This document shows, piece after piece, positions 38,560-47,670 of a DNA stretch of 47,670 nucleotides. Position 1 is the first letter of the stretch. Every line of letters begins with the position of its first letter. The position numbers and the translations under genes are program-made. The notes beneath the pieces were generated by a model. The model did no database searches. It was given only the letters and a program-made list of their open reading frames with translations, and was not told the DNA's origin. This stretch comes from Oligoflexales bacterium (lineage in GTDB: Bacteria; Bdellovibrionota_B; Oligoflexia; Oligoflexales; CAIYRB01), in contig JBGSUI010000102.1 of the NCBI GenBank assembly GCA_041736175.1, positions 1 through 47,670 on the forward strand, in the 5' to 3' direction.

Positions 38560-39579
38560 ATGACCCAACAGCGTAACCCAAAGAGTATGGCCAGCCCCGA
38601 AAAAGCAGCCCTTATCTTGCTCGCATTAGGCGAAGACCTGGCAGCCCAGATTATGAACTCCATGGACCGGGAAGATGTTGTCAGGATCGCCCAGGCTCTC
38701 CAAAAAACCGGAAGGGTCGAACAAAAAACCTTGGACCAGGTGCTCCTAGAGTTTCACGATATGATTGTCACACTCCAAAAAAACCCGATGCACAACGCCT
38801 CACAATTTCTCAGTTCCATCGAAAAAAACCTCGGACCAGACATCGCTGCCATGCTCCACCAGGATCTGGACTGGGCCACTCCTTCGCTGCGAAAAACCCT
38901 AGAAAAGATTGAAGCCAAACCCCTCGCCAGCTATCTGCAAAAAGAGCACCCCCAAACGACGGCCATCGTCATGGCCCACTTGCCCCCACAAAAGGCGGGG
39001 CAAGTCTTAAGGTTTATGCCCGAAGCAAGCCGGGTCGAAATGATCCAAAGATTGGCCAGCCTCGGCCCCGTAGCCCCAGATACCATCAGCGCCCTGGAAG
39101 ATGCCATCAGGGACTCCCTTGCAGGAAGTCAGGATAGACTCAGCACCATACAAAATTCCCTGGGCGGGGCGCAAAAAGTGGCCGATCTCCTCAGCCAACT
39201 AGACCGTGGCGCCGCGAGCCAGCTTTTGGACCAACTCAAAACACGGGACCCGAAACTCTACCAAGAAGTCCAAGAAAAACTTTTTCGTTTTGCAAATCTC
39301 GTCCAACTGGAGAGCAAATATTTACTTAAAATTCTCCAAGTTATACCACAAAAAACCCTACTCTTAGCCCTCAAGGACTGCCCAGCAGCGGTCCTAGATT
39401 CCTTTAAAAAAGCCATGTCCCCCCGCGCTTGGCAGCAGATTCAAGAAGATCTGGCGACTCTTCCCCCAGTACGCCTCGCCGAAGTGGAAAAGGCCCAGCA
39501 GGAAGTCTTAAAAATGGTCCGCGCTAAAATCGACTCCGGCGACATCGAGGTACGCGACCCCAAGGATACCTATGTTTGA
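38560..39579 (+). CDS. fliG: flagellar motor switch protein FliG (orphan copy)
   Basis: KAALILLALG, EHPQT, LGG linker, LFRF, MSPR....ED, VRLAEVEKAQ. Confidence 0.9.
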   Translation: MTQQRNPKSMASPEKAALILLALGEDLAAQIMNSMDREDVVRIAQALQKTGRVEQKTLDQVLLEFHDMIVTLQKNPMHNASQFLSSIEKNLGPDIAAMLHQDLDWATPSLRKTLEKIEAKPLASYLQKEHPQTTAIVMAHLPPQKAGQVLRFMPEASRVEMIQRLASLGPVAPDTISALEDAIRDSLAGSQDRLSTIQNSLGGAQKVADLLSQLDRGAASQLLDQLKTRDPKLYQEVQEKLFRFANLVQLESKYLLKILQVIPQKTLLLALKDCPAAVLDSFKKAMSPRAWQQIQEDLATLPPVRLAEVEKAQQEVLKMVRAKIDSGDIEVRDPKDTYV

Positions 39580-39689
39580 GTGGCCCTCGGGTCCGCAAAC
39601 TGCTAGGCTTCTACCTAAATGGATCGAGCCATAGACAGGACGGTATGGTCCTAGAACAGACGTTCCTTCAGACATAGGTAAACATAAAG

Positions 39690-40214
39690 TTGCAGATCTC
39701 TCGAACCAATCTCTGGAAAATCGGTCTCATCGTGGGGCTCACGTTGCTTCCTGCGGCCATCGTCATCATCTACGGTGTCTCTAAATCTCAAAAAGAGGGT
39801 CAAACCAACCTCCAAGATGCCGACTACCGGGCCGTCGACTGGCGTACCCTTCGGGGCCTCGATCTTCAGACCGGCGCAAAAACCCCCGAGATCGAATCCA
39901 TTGCCTCCAAACCAGTCAAAATCCCCGGGTTCGTCGTCCCCCTTGACGACGACAGCCAGTCCTACTCTGAATTTCTCCTGGTCCCTAGTCCCCAGGCGTG
40001 CATTCATGTCCCACCTCCTCCAGCCAACCAAATGGTGATGGTCAAGATGAAAACAGGGGCTCCTAAGCGATCTTGGGGCCCTGTTTGGGTGATGGGAACT
40101 TTACACGTAGCGACCACCGATAGCCAATACGGCAAAATATCCTATCTGCTGCATGGAGACAAAGCGGAACCCTACCGAGCACCTTCGGAGACTCCCCAGC
40201 CGACACCACCCTAA
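39690..40214 (+). CDS. DUF3299 family protein
   Basis: VKIPGFVVPL, EFLLVP..ACIHVPPPPANQMV. Confidence 0.9.
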   Translation: MQISRTNLWKIGLIVGLTLLPAAIVIIYGVSKSQKEGQTNLQDADYRAVDWRTLRGLDLQTGAKTPEIESIASKPVKIPGFVVPLDDDSQSYSEFLLVPSPQACIHVPPPPANQMVMVKMKTGAPKRSWGPVWVMGTLHVATTDSQYGKISYLLHGDKAEPYRAPSETPQPTPP

Positions 40215-40231
40215 GTCAAGGAGTGTGACCC

Positions 40232-40873
40232 GTGCAAAAATTAACCCACCAGCTCCGCGGTAAATCCCATGTTATTTGGGACTGGAATGGGACCATCATC
40301 GACGATGTGGATCTCTGCATCGATATTATCGGCGAAATAGCCCTTCGCCATGGTCTGCCCGTGGTGACGAAAGATGAGTATCTCAGAAAGTTTCGCTTTC
40401 CCGTAAGCGACTACTACCAGGATATCGGCCTCTGCGAAGCCTTGGTTCACCCGCGAGAGGTCTCTAAACAATTTGTTAGCGCCTATGCCCAAAGGCTCGG
40501 CGAAGTCCAGGTTTACCACGGTATGACTGACCTGCTGATGGATCTCCATGAAAGAGGCATCAGACAAAGCATTTTATCCGCTGCCCACGAATTCGACTTG
40601 CGCCGTCTCCTCGTTCATTTTCAACTCAGCCACTTCTTTACCTACGTCTTTGGCTTAAACAGCCACGATGCGGATAGCAAAGTCCAACGGGGGCGAGAAC
40701 TCATCAAACAAATCGATGAACCCCTCAACCAGATCATCATGGTGGGTGACACCCTGCACGACCGCGAAGTCGCCACGGAGCTGGGGATCGAAATCATCCT
40801 GCTGGCAGGAGGTCACCAACATCTGGATATCCTCAAATCCATGGCAGAAATGATCAACCTTAGAGCCCTCTAA
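40232..40873 (+). CDS. HAD family hydrolase (phosphoglycolate phosphatase-like)
   Basis: IWDWNGT, ILSA, SK, MVGDTLHD. Confidence 0.9.
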   Translation: MQKLTHQLRGKSHVIWDWNGTIIDDVDLCIDIIGEIALRHGLPVVTKDEYLRKFRFPVSDYYQDIGLCEALVHPREVSKQFVSAYAQRLGEVQVYHGMTDLLMDLHERGIRQSILSAAHEFDLRRLLVHFQLSHFFTYVFGLNSHDADSKVQRGRELIKQIDEPLNQIIMVGDTLHDREVATELGIEIILLAGGHQHLDILKSMAEMINLRAL

Positions 40874-40897
40874 CCCAGCACCGCGTCACGATATTTC

Positions 40898-42595
40898 TTG
40901 GAGCGCCTCCCTGTGAAAACAAACCAAAGTTTATCTAAAGCCCCTGGCTATCGAGATAGTTTCCGATCATTCACCCCAGATGGACCGGCCTATCAGGAGC
41001 GATCTCAAGCTCCCCATACCGTGGGCGTGGTTTCGCCAAGCCCCCAGGGGCGGCTTGCGCTTCCTATCACCAGCCGCGGGAACTCCCACGAAGGTGAGCG
41101 GGGCGAAGCTCAAATCGTGGCACAGGTTCTTGAGATTTTGGCCAAACAAAATATAGATTATGGAGATCTCAGACTTGGGAGGGAGATCAACCGCTCCGTA
41201 AGTCTCCTCGATACCAATGTAACCTCCCATCAGTATCGTGAGTCGGAAGGAATCGGCATCAGAGTCTACCACGAGGGTGCCTGGGGATTCGCCTCGACCG
41301 TGGATCTATCTGTCGCTGGACTCAGTCGGTGCACCATGCGTGCCATCGACAAAGCAAAGTTGTCGTCACAGATTCATCCCTACTCCCACCCCACTTACCT
41401 GGGTTACCGATCTGGCCGATCTGGGGAACAGGCCCGAAGCTTTAAGATTTGGGAGGGGAAGCAGCCAATCACCGCAGAATTTCATACACCGGTCCTCCAC
41501 TGCCCTCTCTCTGCTCCGACAGACAGCTTGACCCAACCGTTTGTGGAAGGAGCGGCGATTGGCCTTACCTATCCTGATATCAAACGGGTCCAGTCTGGTT
41601 TAGATTGTTATGGTAGACGGCGTCTCTTTGCAGATACCCTCGGCAGTCAGATCCTGACGACCCATTCCATCATCGATGGGAGCCAGAGATTTGTCGCTGT
41701 GGGTCACGGAACCAGCGCCTACCGCACGGTGAATGGGAGTGCCCTCGCGGGTGGTCTAGAACACCTTTATTCCGCCGCTTTCCCCAAACAAGCTGCCATG
41801 GCCGCCGTAGAAGCTCGACTTAAATGCCGGGCCCCTAAGCCGCCCTCTGGAGCCTACGATTTGATCCTAGACCCCCATAACCTCGCCCTGACCATCCACG
41901 AAAGTGTCGGTCATCCCACCGAACTGGATCGTGTTTTAGGATTTGAGTTAGGGTTTGCGGGTGGAAGTTTTGCCCAGGTGGAGGATCTTAACCGGTTGGT
42001 CTATGGGAGTCCCTTGGTCAATTTCACGGCAAACAATACGCTGTTATTTGGCGGATCCAGCACCGGATTTGACGACGAAGGAGTTCCATGCCAGGGTTTT
42101 CCGGTCGTTCAAAACGGGATTTTGGTTGGTTTTGGAAGTAGTTTAGAGACAGCGCCCCATTTGATGAGTGACAGCTCTAACGGCAATGCCCGCTCCACCT
42201 CTTGGTGTGACGTGCCCATCGTTAGGATTCCTAACCTCTATCTCGAACCAGGAAAATCCCAGCTTTCCCTTGATGAGTTGATAGGCAATACGGACCGAGG
42301 CATCTTGATGCTGGGCCATGACAGCTTTTCCATCGATCAGATGCGGGCCAATTTCCAATTTGGAGCAGATATGAGCTACCTGGTAGAAAAAGGCCGCGTC
42401 GTCGGCCCCCTTCGCGACGTTATCTACCAGTCTCTAACCTCTGATTTTTGGGGGAGCTGCGATGCCATTTGCGACCAATCAGAATGGCAAATGCATGGAG
42501 TCTTTAACTGCGGCAAAGGACAACCCATGCAACTCGGCAAGATGATGCATGGTGCTGCACCTGCCCGCTTCAAGCAGATCAAAGTCGGATTTTAA
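40898..42595 (+). CDS. tldD: TldD family metalloprotease subunit
   Basis: GIGIRV..GAWGFA, HESVGHPTELDR, FDDEG, NCGKGQP; start may be GTG 40913. Confidence 0.9.
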   Translation: MERLPVKTNQSLSKAPGYRDSFRSFTPDGPAYQERSQAPHTVGVVSPSPQGRLALPITSRGNSHEGERGEAQIVAQVLEILAKQNIDYGDLRLGREINRSVSLLDTNVTSHQYRESEGIGIRVYHEGAWGFASTVDLSVAGLSRCTMRAIDKAKLSSQIHPYSHPTYLGYRSGRSGEQARSFKIWEGKQPITAEFHTPVLHCPLSAPTDSLTQPFVEGAAIGLTYPDIKRVQSGLDCYGRRRLFADTLGSQILTTHSIIDGSQRFVAVGHGTSAYRTVNGSALAGGLEHLYSAAFPKQAAMAAVEARLKCRAPKPPSGAYDLILDPHNLALTIHESVGHPTELDRVLGFELGFAGGSFAQVEDLNRLVYGSPLVNFTANNTLLFGGSSTGFDDEGVPCQGFPVVQNGILVGFGSSLETAPHLMSDSSNGNARSTSWCDVPIVRIPNLYLEPGKSQLSLDELIGNTDRGILMLGHDSFSIDQMRANFQFGADMSYLVEKGRVVGPLRDVIYQSLTSDFWGSCDAICDQSEWQMHGVFNCGKGQPMQLGKMMHGAAPARFKQIKVGF

Positions 42596-42600
42596 TCCCT

Positions 42601-44094
42601 ATGACCACACAGGAAATAGCCATGGACTCCTCCCAGTTTCAACCGATGCTCGAACAGCTTTTTCAGCATGCCCGTCTCTTAAATTTTGATTGGTTTACCC
42701 TAAGACTTTCCATCCAGCGGCAGATGGCTCTCAGGATCGCCCACTCGGTCCCCTGCCGAGAAAATATCGACAAGGAAGACGTCCAAATCTTTTTTCAGGG
42801 GGCCCTCGACAAAAGACAGTCTAGTTTTACGGCACCGGCTTTTGATGAAACCCGGATCAAACACCAGATCGATAACCTCCGAAACCAGATCTTATCCCAA
42901 AGCCCCGACCAGGAGTGGGTCGCCCCTAATTTCCTAGACGGCTCCGTCCAGTGGAAATCAGGATCCAGCGATCTCTGGAGTCTTGTGGACCAGGGCAAAC
43001 TCCTCGAAGGATTGGAACAACACCTTGCCCCGCTCCGCGAACAGGGTCTGCGTATCACGGGGTACGTGGAAATCGTCGAAAGCGAAAAAATCCAGAGGAG
43101 TTTTCGCAGTCCTGATAGCCGCTCTTTTGAACTGGCGACCCGCGAGCAGGGAGCAGCTCTGACCGTGACGGTCGACGCTCCCAAGAAGGGAGTGTATTCA
43201 AAGCCCGATATGGGAGAGATCAGCAGCGCCCGTCGGGGGACCACCCGGGTCAATGATGGGGAGCTGGTCACCCTCTTTGGCGAAGCCTTAAAGGAAGCCA
43301 TACAGACGGTGCGTTGGCAACAAAACTCTCAGACAAGACCAGTAGCCCTCGAACCCGGCCCTTATACAGTCATCTTGTCCCCATCCGCAGTGGCTGAGCT
43401 GCTCCAAACAACTTTTATGTACAATATGTTTGACCAACGTAAAATCGACGAAAACCGCACCTACCTGGGCCAACCCCATGCCCAAAAAACTTTTCCTAAG
43501 GGCCTCACTCTAAGCCGCAGTTTAAAGCTGGATCTCCCCCATCACCAAACCTATTTAGATATCCCCTTTAACAGCAGCCATGCCCCCTGTGAAACCATGA
43601 ATATCATCCAAGAAGGGGCCCTCCACCAGACCTTTGTCTCTAGTTTTTGGTCGGAAAAAACCAGCCTTCCTGAAACCTTTAGCGCCTATGACGCACCGGC
43701 GCTCTCCTTAGACTACCGGGTGCCCCAAAATCCGTTGGCAGGGGACTCCGTCGTGAGCACAAATGACCTTGAGGATCTGATCGCCTCCACTGAGGATGGT
43801 CTCTTGATCACCAACCTCTGGTACCTGCGTATGGTTTCCGAAATGGACGGACTGCTGACGGGCATGACCAGGGACGGCTTTTTTAGGATTAAGAATGGGT
43901 CCATAAACCATTCCCTCGTCAATATGCGGTGGCATGATAACCCCTTTAGAATCCTTGCAAACATCACAGGGTTTTCCCGAGACAAAAAGCTTTTTGGCTT
44001 GAGTCGGCTGGTGGGCGGCGGGCGTATGCCGCTCAGTTTGGTGCCAGCCCTTAGGATCCAGGGATTTCACCTGTCAAGTGCATCGAAGTTCTAG
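42601..44094 (+). CDS. TldE/PmbA-like partner subunit
   Basis: LEPGPYTVILSPSAV, GLLITNLWYLR, LTGMTRDG; lacks HExxxH. Confidence 0.85.
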   Translation: MTTQEIAMDSSQFQPMLEQLFQHARLLNFDWFTLRLSIQRQMALRIAHSVPCRENIDKEDVQIFFQGALDKRQSSFTAPAFDETRIKHQIDNLRNQILSQSPDQEWVAPNFLDGSVQWKSGSSDLWSLVDQGKLLEGLEQHLAPLREQGLRITGYVEIVESEKIQRSFRSPDSRSFELATREQGAALTVTVDAPKKGVYSKPDMGEISSARRGTTRVNDGELVTLFGEALKEAIQTVRWQQNSQTRPVALEPGPYTVILSPSAVAELLQTTFMYNMFDQRKIDENRTYLGQPHAQKTFPKGLTLSRSLKLDLPHHQTYLDIPFNSSHAPCETMNIIQEGALHQTFVSSFWSEKTSLPETFSAYDAPALSLDYRVPQNPLAGDSVVSTNDLEDLIASTEDGLLITNLWYLRMVSEMDGLLTGMTRDGFFRIKNGSINHSLVNMRWHDNPFRILANITGFSRDKKLFGLSRLVGGGRMPLSLVPALRIQGFHLSSASKF

Positions 44095-44128
44095 TGGGGC
44101 TCGACGCTGTTAGGTTATAATCAAGTCT

Positions 44129-45547
44129 ATGACAAACCCATTTACAAATCCATTCGTCTGCCCGCAATGCCACGGTGCCCTTAACCAGCTTTCTTGCGAG
44201 CCGTGTCGGACCCAGTATGGGATGCTGGATCACAATATTCCCTGGTTGATTCCTGAGCCCCAAGCCGCGCTGCAGGAGTGGGCCCTAAAATTCAAACATT
44301 TCTTAGGCCTCTTAGACGAAGAAATCGCTAACCTTAAATCCCTTTATAAATCTTCATATGCTCAGCCCTCGACTCCAAAGAGGTTACAAAAAATCCTCCA
44401 GGCAAAGGTTGAGCATAAAAAACTCCTCGAAGACCTCCTGGGTCCCCTTGTAAAACATGGCACCCGCTCCGTCGAGCTGCTTAAGGCCGGAGGCATTGCT
44501 TTGCCTCCCTCCCAATCCCTAACGGGATATTATCAAAATATCCATCGAGATTGGTCCTGGGATACGGACGAGAACGAAATAAGTCTCCGTTGTATCACCA
44601 GCTGCCTTGAGTCCATTTTAAACAAAGACCTGACTACCGCGAGCGCACTTCGAGGACAGCTAGGTAGAGTCGCCGTCCTCGGGGCTGGAGCCGGTCGCCT
44701 GGCCTACGATCTCCACCAAACAGAACTCCCCCTGGAGACTACCGCCGTCGACTTCAATCCGTTGATGCTCCTGGTCGCAAGTCGTGCCTTCCACCGACGC
44801 TCCCTAAAGCTCTTCGAGTTTCCCATTGCACCAAAATCTTTAGGAGATGTCGCTGTCCTCCAAAAGTGTGCACCGCCGGCGCCCGCCAAACCAAACCTTT
44901 TCCTGATAGGTGCCGACGCCCTCAGGACCCCCTTTCCATCCCATTCCCTCGACACGGTCGTGACGCCATGGCTGGTGGATATTCTTCCCTCCGAGCCTAG
45001 CCAGCTCCTAAGGGAGATCAGACGGATTTTAAAGCCCCAGGGTCTCTGGATCTATTTTGGGTCTATGACCTTTGGACATCCCTCTTTTGCCTTTCATCAT
45101 TGTTATGAGGAGTTTTGCGAGCTGGTCAAAAACCTTGATTTCAAAATCGAAGCTGCCGAGCATAGGCAGATCCCCTATATGGCGTCGCCCCACAGCAACC
45201 ATAGCCGTCTCGAACGGATCACGGTTATGGTCAATCGATCGTTGTCCGTCGCTGCTTCCCTGGGCGACCCTATAAAAGGGGACAAAAGCGCCCCTGGGCA
45301 CCAAACCCTGCCGCCCTGGCTGGTCGACTTCAATCTCCCCATCCCCCGGAGTTCTCCCATCGACTCCAAAGAGATGGTCCACAGGGTTTCGTCCCAACTC
45401 CTACAACTTATCGATGGCCAAAAAAGCCTTAATACCATGGCCGCCCACTGCGTTTCCCAGGGGCTCCTAGGAAACGATGAGGCAACGGCCTATATGCTCA
45501 AATTTTTAAAACGCCTTTACTTAGAAGGAAGCCTTGAAGGCAGGTGA
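44129..45547 (+). CDS. SAM methyltransferase, carnosine N-methyltransferase (N2227)-like, with N-terminal Zn ribbon and C-terminal PqqD-like wHTH
   Basis: CPQC..CEPC; RDWS; VLGAGAGRLAYDL; DTVVTPWLVD; LKPQGLWIYFG; LLQLIDGQKSL...FLKRL. Confidence 0.8.
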   Translation: MTNPFTNPFVCPQCHGALNQLSCEPCRTQYGMLDHNIPWLIPEPQAALQEWALKFKHFLGLLDEEIANLKSLYKSSYAQPSTPKRLQKILQAKVEHKKLLEDLLGPLVKHGTRSVELLKAGGIALPPSQSLTGYYQNIHRDWSWDTDENEISLRCITSCLESILNKDLTTASALRGQLGRVAVLGAGAGRLAYDLHQTELPLETTAVDFNPLMLLVASRAFHRRSLKLFEFPIAPKSLGDVAVLQKCAPPAPAKPNLFLIGADALRTPFPSHSLDTVVTPWLVDILPSEPSQLLREIRRILKPQGLWIYFGSMTFGHPSFAFHHCYEEFCELVKNLDFKIEAAEHRQIPYMASPHSNHSRLERITVMVNRSLSVAASLGDPIKGDKSAPGHQTLPPWLVDFNLPIPRSSPIDSKEMVHRVSSQLLQLIDGQKSLNTMAAHCVSQGLLGNDEATAYMLKFLKRLYLEGSLEGR

Positions 45548-45636
45548 GGCGGAAAAAAATAACGCTTAATAAAGACTTTAGATAAACTTGTAACTATATA
45601 TTATTCCTATATAATCATGCCATCTTTAAGCTCCTC

Positions 45637-45664
45637 TTAAGAATTTTACTAAATTTCCCGAAAC
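45637..45664 (+). promoter_or_regulatory. possible sigma28-type promoter
   Basis: TTAAG-N16-CCGAAAC. Confidence 0.45.
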
Positions 45665-45704
45665 GACAGACGGGAGATGCAACAAAAGTCTTATGGAGGA
45701 ATTT

Positions 45705-45989
45705 ATGAAAACAGCGCCCCAAGTCAAGTCGGCCCCCGAAAGCCAAGTGAGCCTAGTGAGCCACCAAGATGCTCAAGCGGGACAACAACAACTCATCGTC
45801 GACCGCTTTCCCGTTGGTTTTTTATCAAAGCACAACAAGGAATCAGATATCCTGATGCTAGGCAGCATCCCTCTCTTTCTGATGCTTGGAATCATCGTCT
45901 TTTTTTTAGGCGCTCGCTTAGTCAAATTTACCTCTGAGCGCAACGACCTAGGCGTCAACATGCGATCCTCGGGACCCGACACCCTCTAA
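45705..45989 (+). CDS. small single-pass membrane protein
   Basis: GGAGG SD; one TM helix (ILMLGSIPLFLMLGIIVFFLG). Confidence 0.7.
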   Translation: MKTAPQVKSAPESQVSLVSHQDAQAGQQQLIVDRFPVGFLSKHNKESDILMLGSIPLFLMLGIIVFFLGARLVKFTSERNDLGVNMRSSGPDTL

Positions 45990-46075
45990 GATTGGGGATG
46001 GTCTAGGAAAGTCTGGTTTGGTATATCTCTTGAGGTTGCTTTTTAGATAGACCGCCTCAAAGAAAGACGACGCCC

Positions 46076-47017
46076 ATGGACAAAGACCGCCTCTATTCAG
46101 CCAGAAAACAAATCTTCAAAGGACTTTGGGACCACTATTTCAGGCTAGTTCCAACCGCACCAAAGATGGTTGCAGCCTTTGAGTCCCGCAAAGACCTTTG
46201 GACCGAAGACCACGTGGCCTTCCGCACACTCCCCGGTGAGTTTACGGGAAGCCACCAGCTCCAGGGCCTCTTCGAAGCTTTGGGCTATACCCGCAAGGAT
46301 GACTATCGATTTGCTGACAAAAAACTAAATGCTTTTTGGTTGGCCCCTCCCGATATCCACGGACATTCCCAAGAGGCATCCCCAAAGATCTTTATCTCCG
46401 AACTAGACCCCGAAACATTTACCCCAGCTTTCCGCGAGGTCGTCCGCACATACACCTCCCAGGTCAAAGCCTCCCCTCTCAGCAAAATCCAAGACCTAAG
46501 CCGCCACATACTGGCAAGCTCCACGCCAGACCCCAAGATAACAGCACAGCTTGTTAGCGAGAGTGTGACTTATTTAACCTCATCACCAGCCTGGAGTCGG
46601 CCCACCTATGCTGACTACCAGATCCTCCAAAAAGAAAGTGAATACGCCTCCTGGACGCTCCTCTATGGACCCCAGATCAACCACTTTACGGTAAGCGTCC
46701 ATCTTATGACCACTTTTCAAAATATTCATCAACTAGCAGAATATCTAGAAAATACCCTCAAAATCCCCCTTAATAAAGTCGGTGGAGTGGTCAAAGGTAC
46801 GCCCGACCTCCTCCTTGAGCAGATCGCCACCCTTGCAGCCTCTCTAGACTTTCCCTTTCAAGACGGGGTCCGGGCGATACCCTATGGTTTTGTGGAATTT
46901 GCCTATCGCTACACTCTCCCCCATCACAAAGCCGATGGCCAATATAAGTCCTACTACCAAGGATTTGTCACGTCCAATGCCGACAAAATCTTTGAGTCCA
47001 CCTTTATGGCTCGATAG
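46076..47017 (+). CDS. DUF1338 family (2-oxoadipate dioxygenase/hydroxyglutarate synthase-like)
   Basis: DHVAFRT, PKIFISEL, ESEYASW, NHFT, VEFA.R, GF...NADKIFEST. Confidence 0.88.
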   Translation: MDKDRLYSARKQIFKGLWDHYFRLVPTAPKMVAAFESRKDLWTEDHVAFRTLPGEFTGSHQLQGLFEALGYTRKDDYRFADKKLNAFWLAPPDIHGHSQEASPKIFISELDPETFTPAFREVVRTYTSQVKASPLSKIQDLSRHILASSTPDPKITAQLVSESVTYLTSSPAWSRPTYADYQILQKESEYASWTLLYGPQINHFTVSVHLMTTFQNIHQLAEYLENTLKIPLNKVGGVVKGTPDLLLEQIATLAASLDFPFQDGVRAIPYGFVEFAYRYTLPHHKADGQYKSYYQGFVTSNADKIFESTFMAR

Positions 47018-47079
47018 GTACTCTAAAGAACACTGAGCTGGTGTCAGATACCGTTTTTTTACGGGTAAATATACGCTTG

Positions 47080-47337
47080 TTAGTGGCCTTCGCTTGCCGT
47101 CGCTAGTTTACGTCCTTTTGCTGTTAATCGATATCGCTGCTTACTGCTTTGGGGTTTGTCAGGGATTGTCATTTCTATGAGTTTTTGCTCTAAAGCTGGA
47201 TTGAGGTAGGTTTCGCGGAAATAGTCGGCATCTCTCAGGGAGAGTGTACTTTGGAGGTCTTTACGACTTAATTCCTTATGAAGTAGGACGGTTACTATTT
47301 TGACTTCCGGGGTGACTTCCGGGGTGACTTCTGTCAT
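47080..47337 (-). pseudogene. isolated C-terminal wHTH of a Fic/RecG-C-like protein (remnant or small regulator)
   Basis: TPEVTPEV repeat then LSRKDLQ..L.L.D..YFR..YL.PAL...LIEMTIPDKP.S..QRYRLT.KG. Confidence 0.7.
47301..47331. repeat. 12-bp tandem repeat (about 2.6 copies) encoding VTPE
   Basis: TGACTTCCGGGG x2 + TGACTTC. Confidence 0.85.
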
Positions 47338-47399
47338 AAATTGACTATGAATTGGGATCGCGAAATGTGCGGAACAATTTCAAGTATTTGTTATGTCTG

Positions 47400-47667
47400 A
47401 TAATTTAAATGCGATTCCCCTGAAAAGTCAGTCCTTCAGGGGCGATAAAAGGCGAACCGCTAAGGAATTACGCTAGGAAATCCGCCGCCACAGTGTTACA
47501 TAAGTATGTATGGCGAGAGCCAGCTCTTTGACAATTAAGTTAGGTATGGGTTCTGCAAACGATTCCTTTTGCAGGTAAAAACCTGAAGGTAGCGTCGAGT
47601 ATACTTGTACGGCTATACTCATTGCTGAGAGGCACAATTAAGACGCACTTTATAAGTACAAAATTAT
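47400..47667. ncRNA. candidate structured RNA/leader of unknown family
   Basis: no ORF in the track; several GC-rich stems in an AT-rich setting; boxA-like GCTCTTTGACA. Confidence 0.4.
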
Positions 47668-47670
47668 TTT

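Noticed and set aside
45705..45989. Possible RiPP precursor for the TldDE/methyltransferase cluster
   Set aside because: Has a clear TM helix and its own putative promoter; no leader/core pattern
47560..47650. Group II intron idea (minus-strand GTGCG and GCCGTAC)
   Set aside because: No complete domain V/VI and no intron-encoded RT in the window
1..47670. CRISPR array, tRNA/rRNA, intact transposase or integrase
   Set aside because: No regularly spaced repeats, recognisable RNA-gene signatures or recombinase motifs seen

Overview
Bacterial chromosomal window with about 40 credible genes. I found no rRNA, tRNA, CRISPR array or intact mobile element. The gene mix (many secreted or lipoprotein hydrolases, a STAS/Zn-ribbon protein, a 7TM-DISM sensor, sigma28-like promoters) suggests a Bdellovibrionota/Oligoflexia-like organism; this is inference only. 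Housekeeping genes include yajQ-ychF, an ABC-F ATPase, dCMP deaminase, a CDF transporter, DedA, an aldo/keto reductase, a GDPD-lysophospholipase-PmtA lipid operon, TldD/TldE and DUF1338. Main leads: (1) five dispersed exported-protein genes each have a correctly spaced sigma54 (-24/-12) motif: an S1 protease, a GH6 cellulase, an IucA/IucC-like lipoprotein, an NlpC/P60-like lipoprotein and a metzincin; (2) the IucA/IucC-like protein carries a lipoprotein signal and has no siderophore genes nearby; (3) TldD-TldE is followed by a CARNMT1-like methyltransferase with a PqqD/RRE-like tail, possibly a peptide-modifying system; (4) an orphan fliG lies behind a sigma28-like promoter; (5) the right edge holds a densely structured non-coding element with a boxA-like motif; (6) a decayed DUF433/PIN toxin-antitoxin pair abuts a truncated AAA-ATPase. 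All family calls come from recognising motifs by eye; no database search was run.
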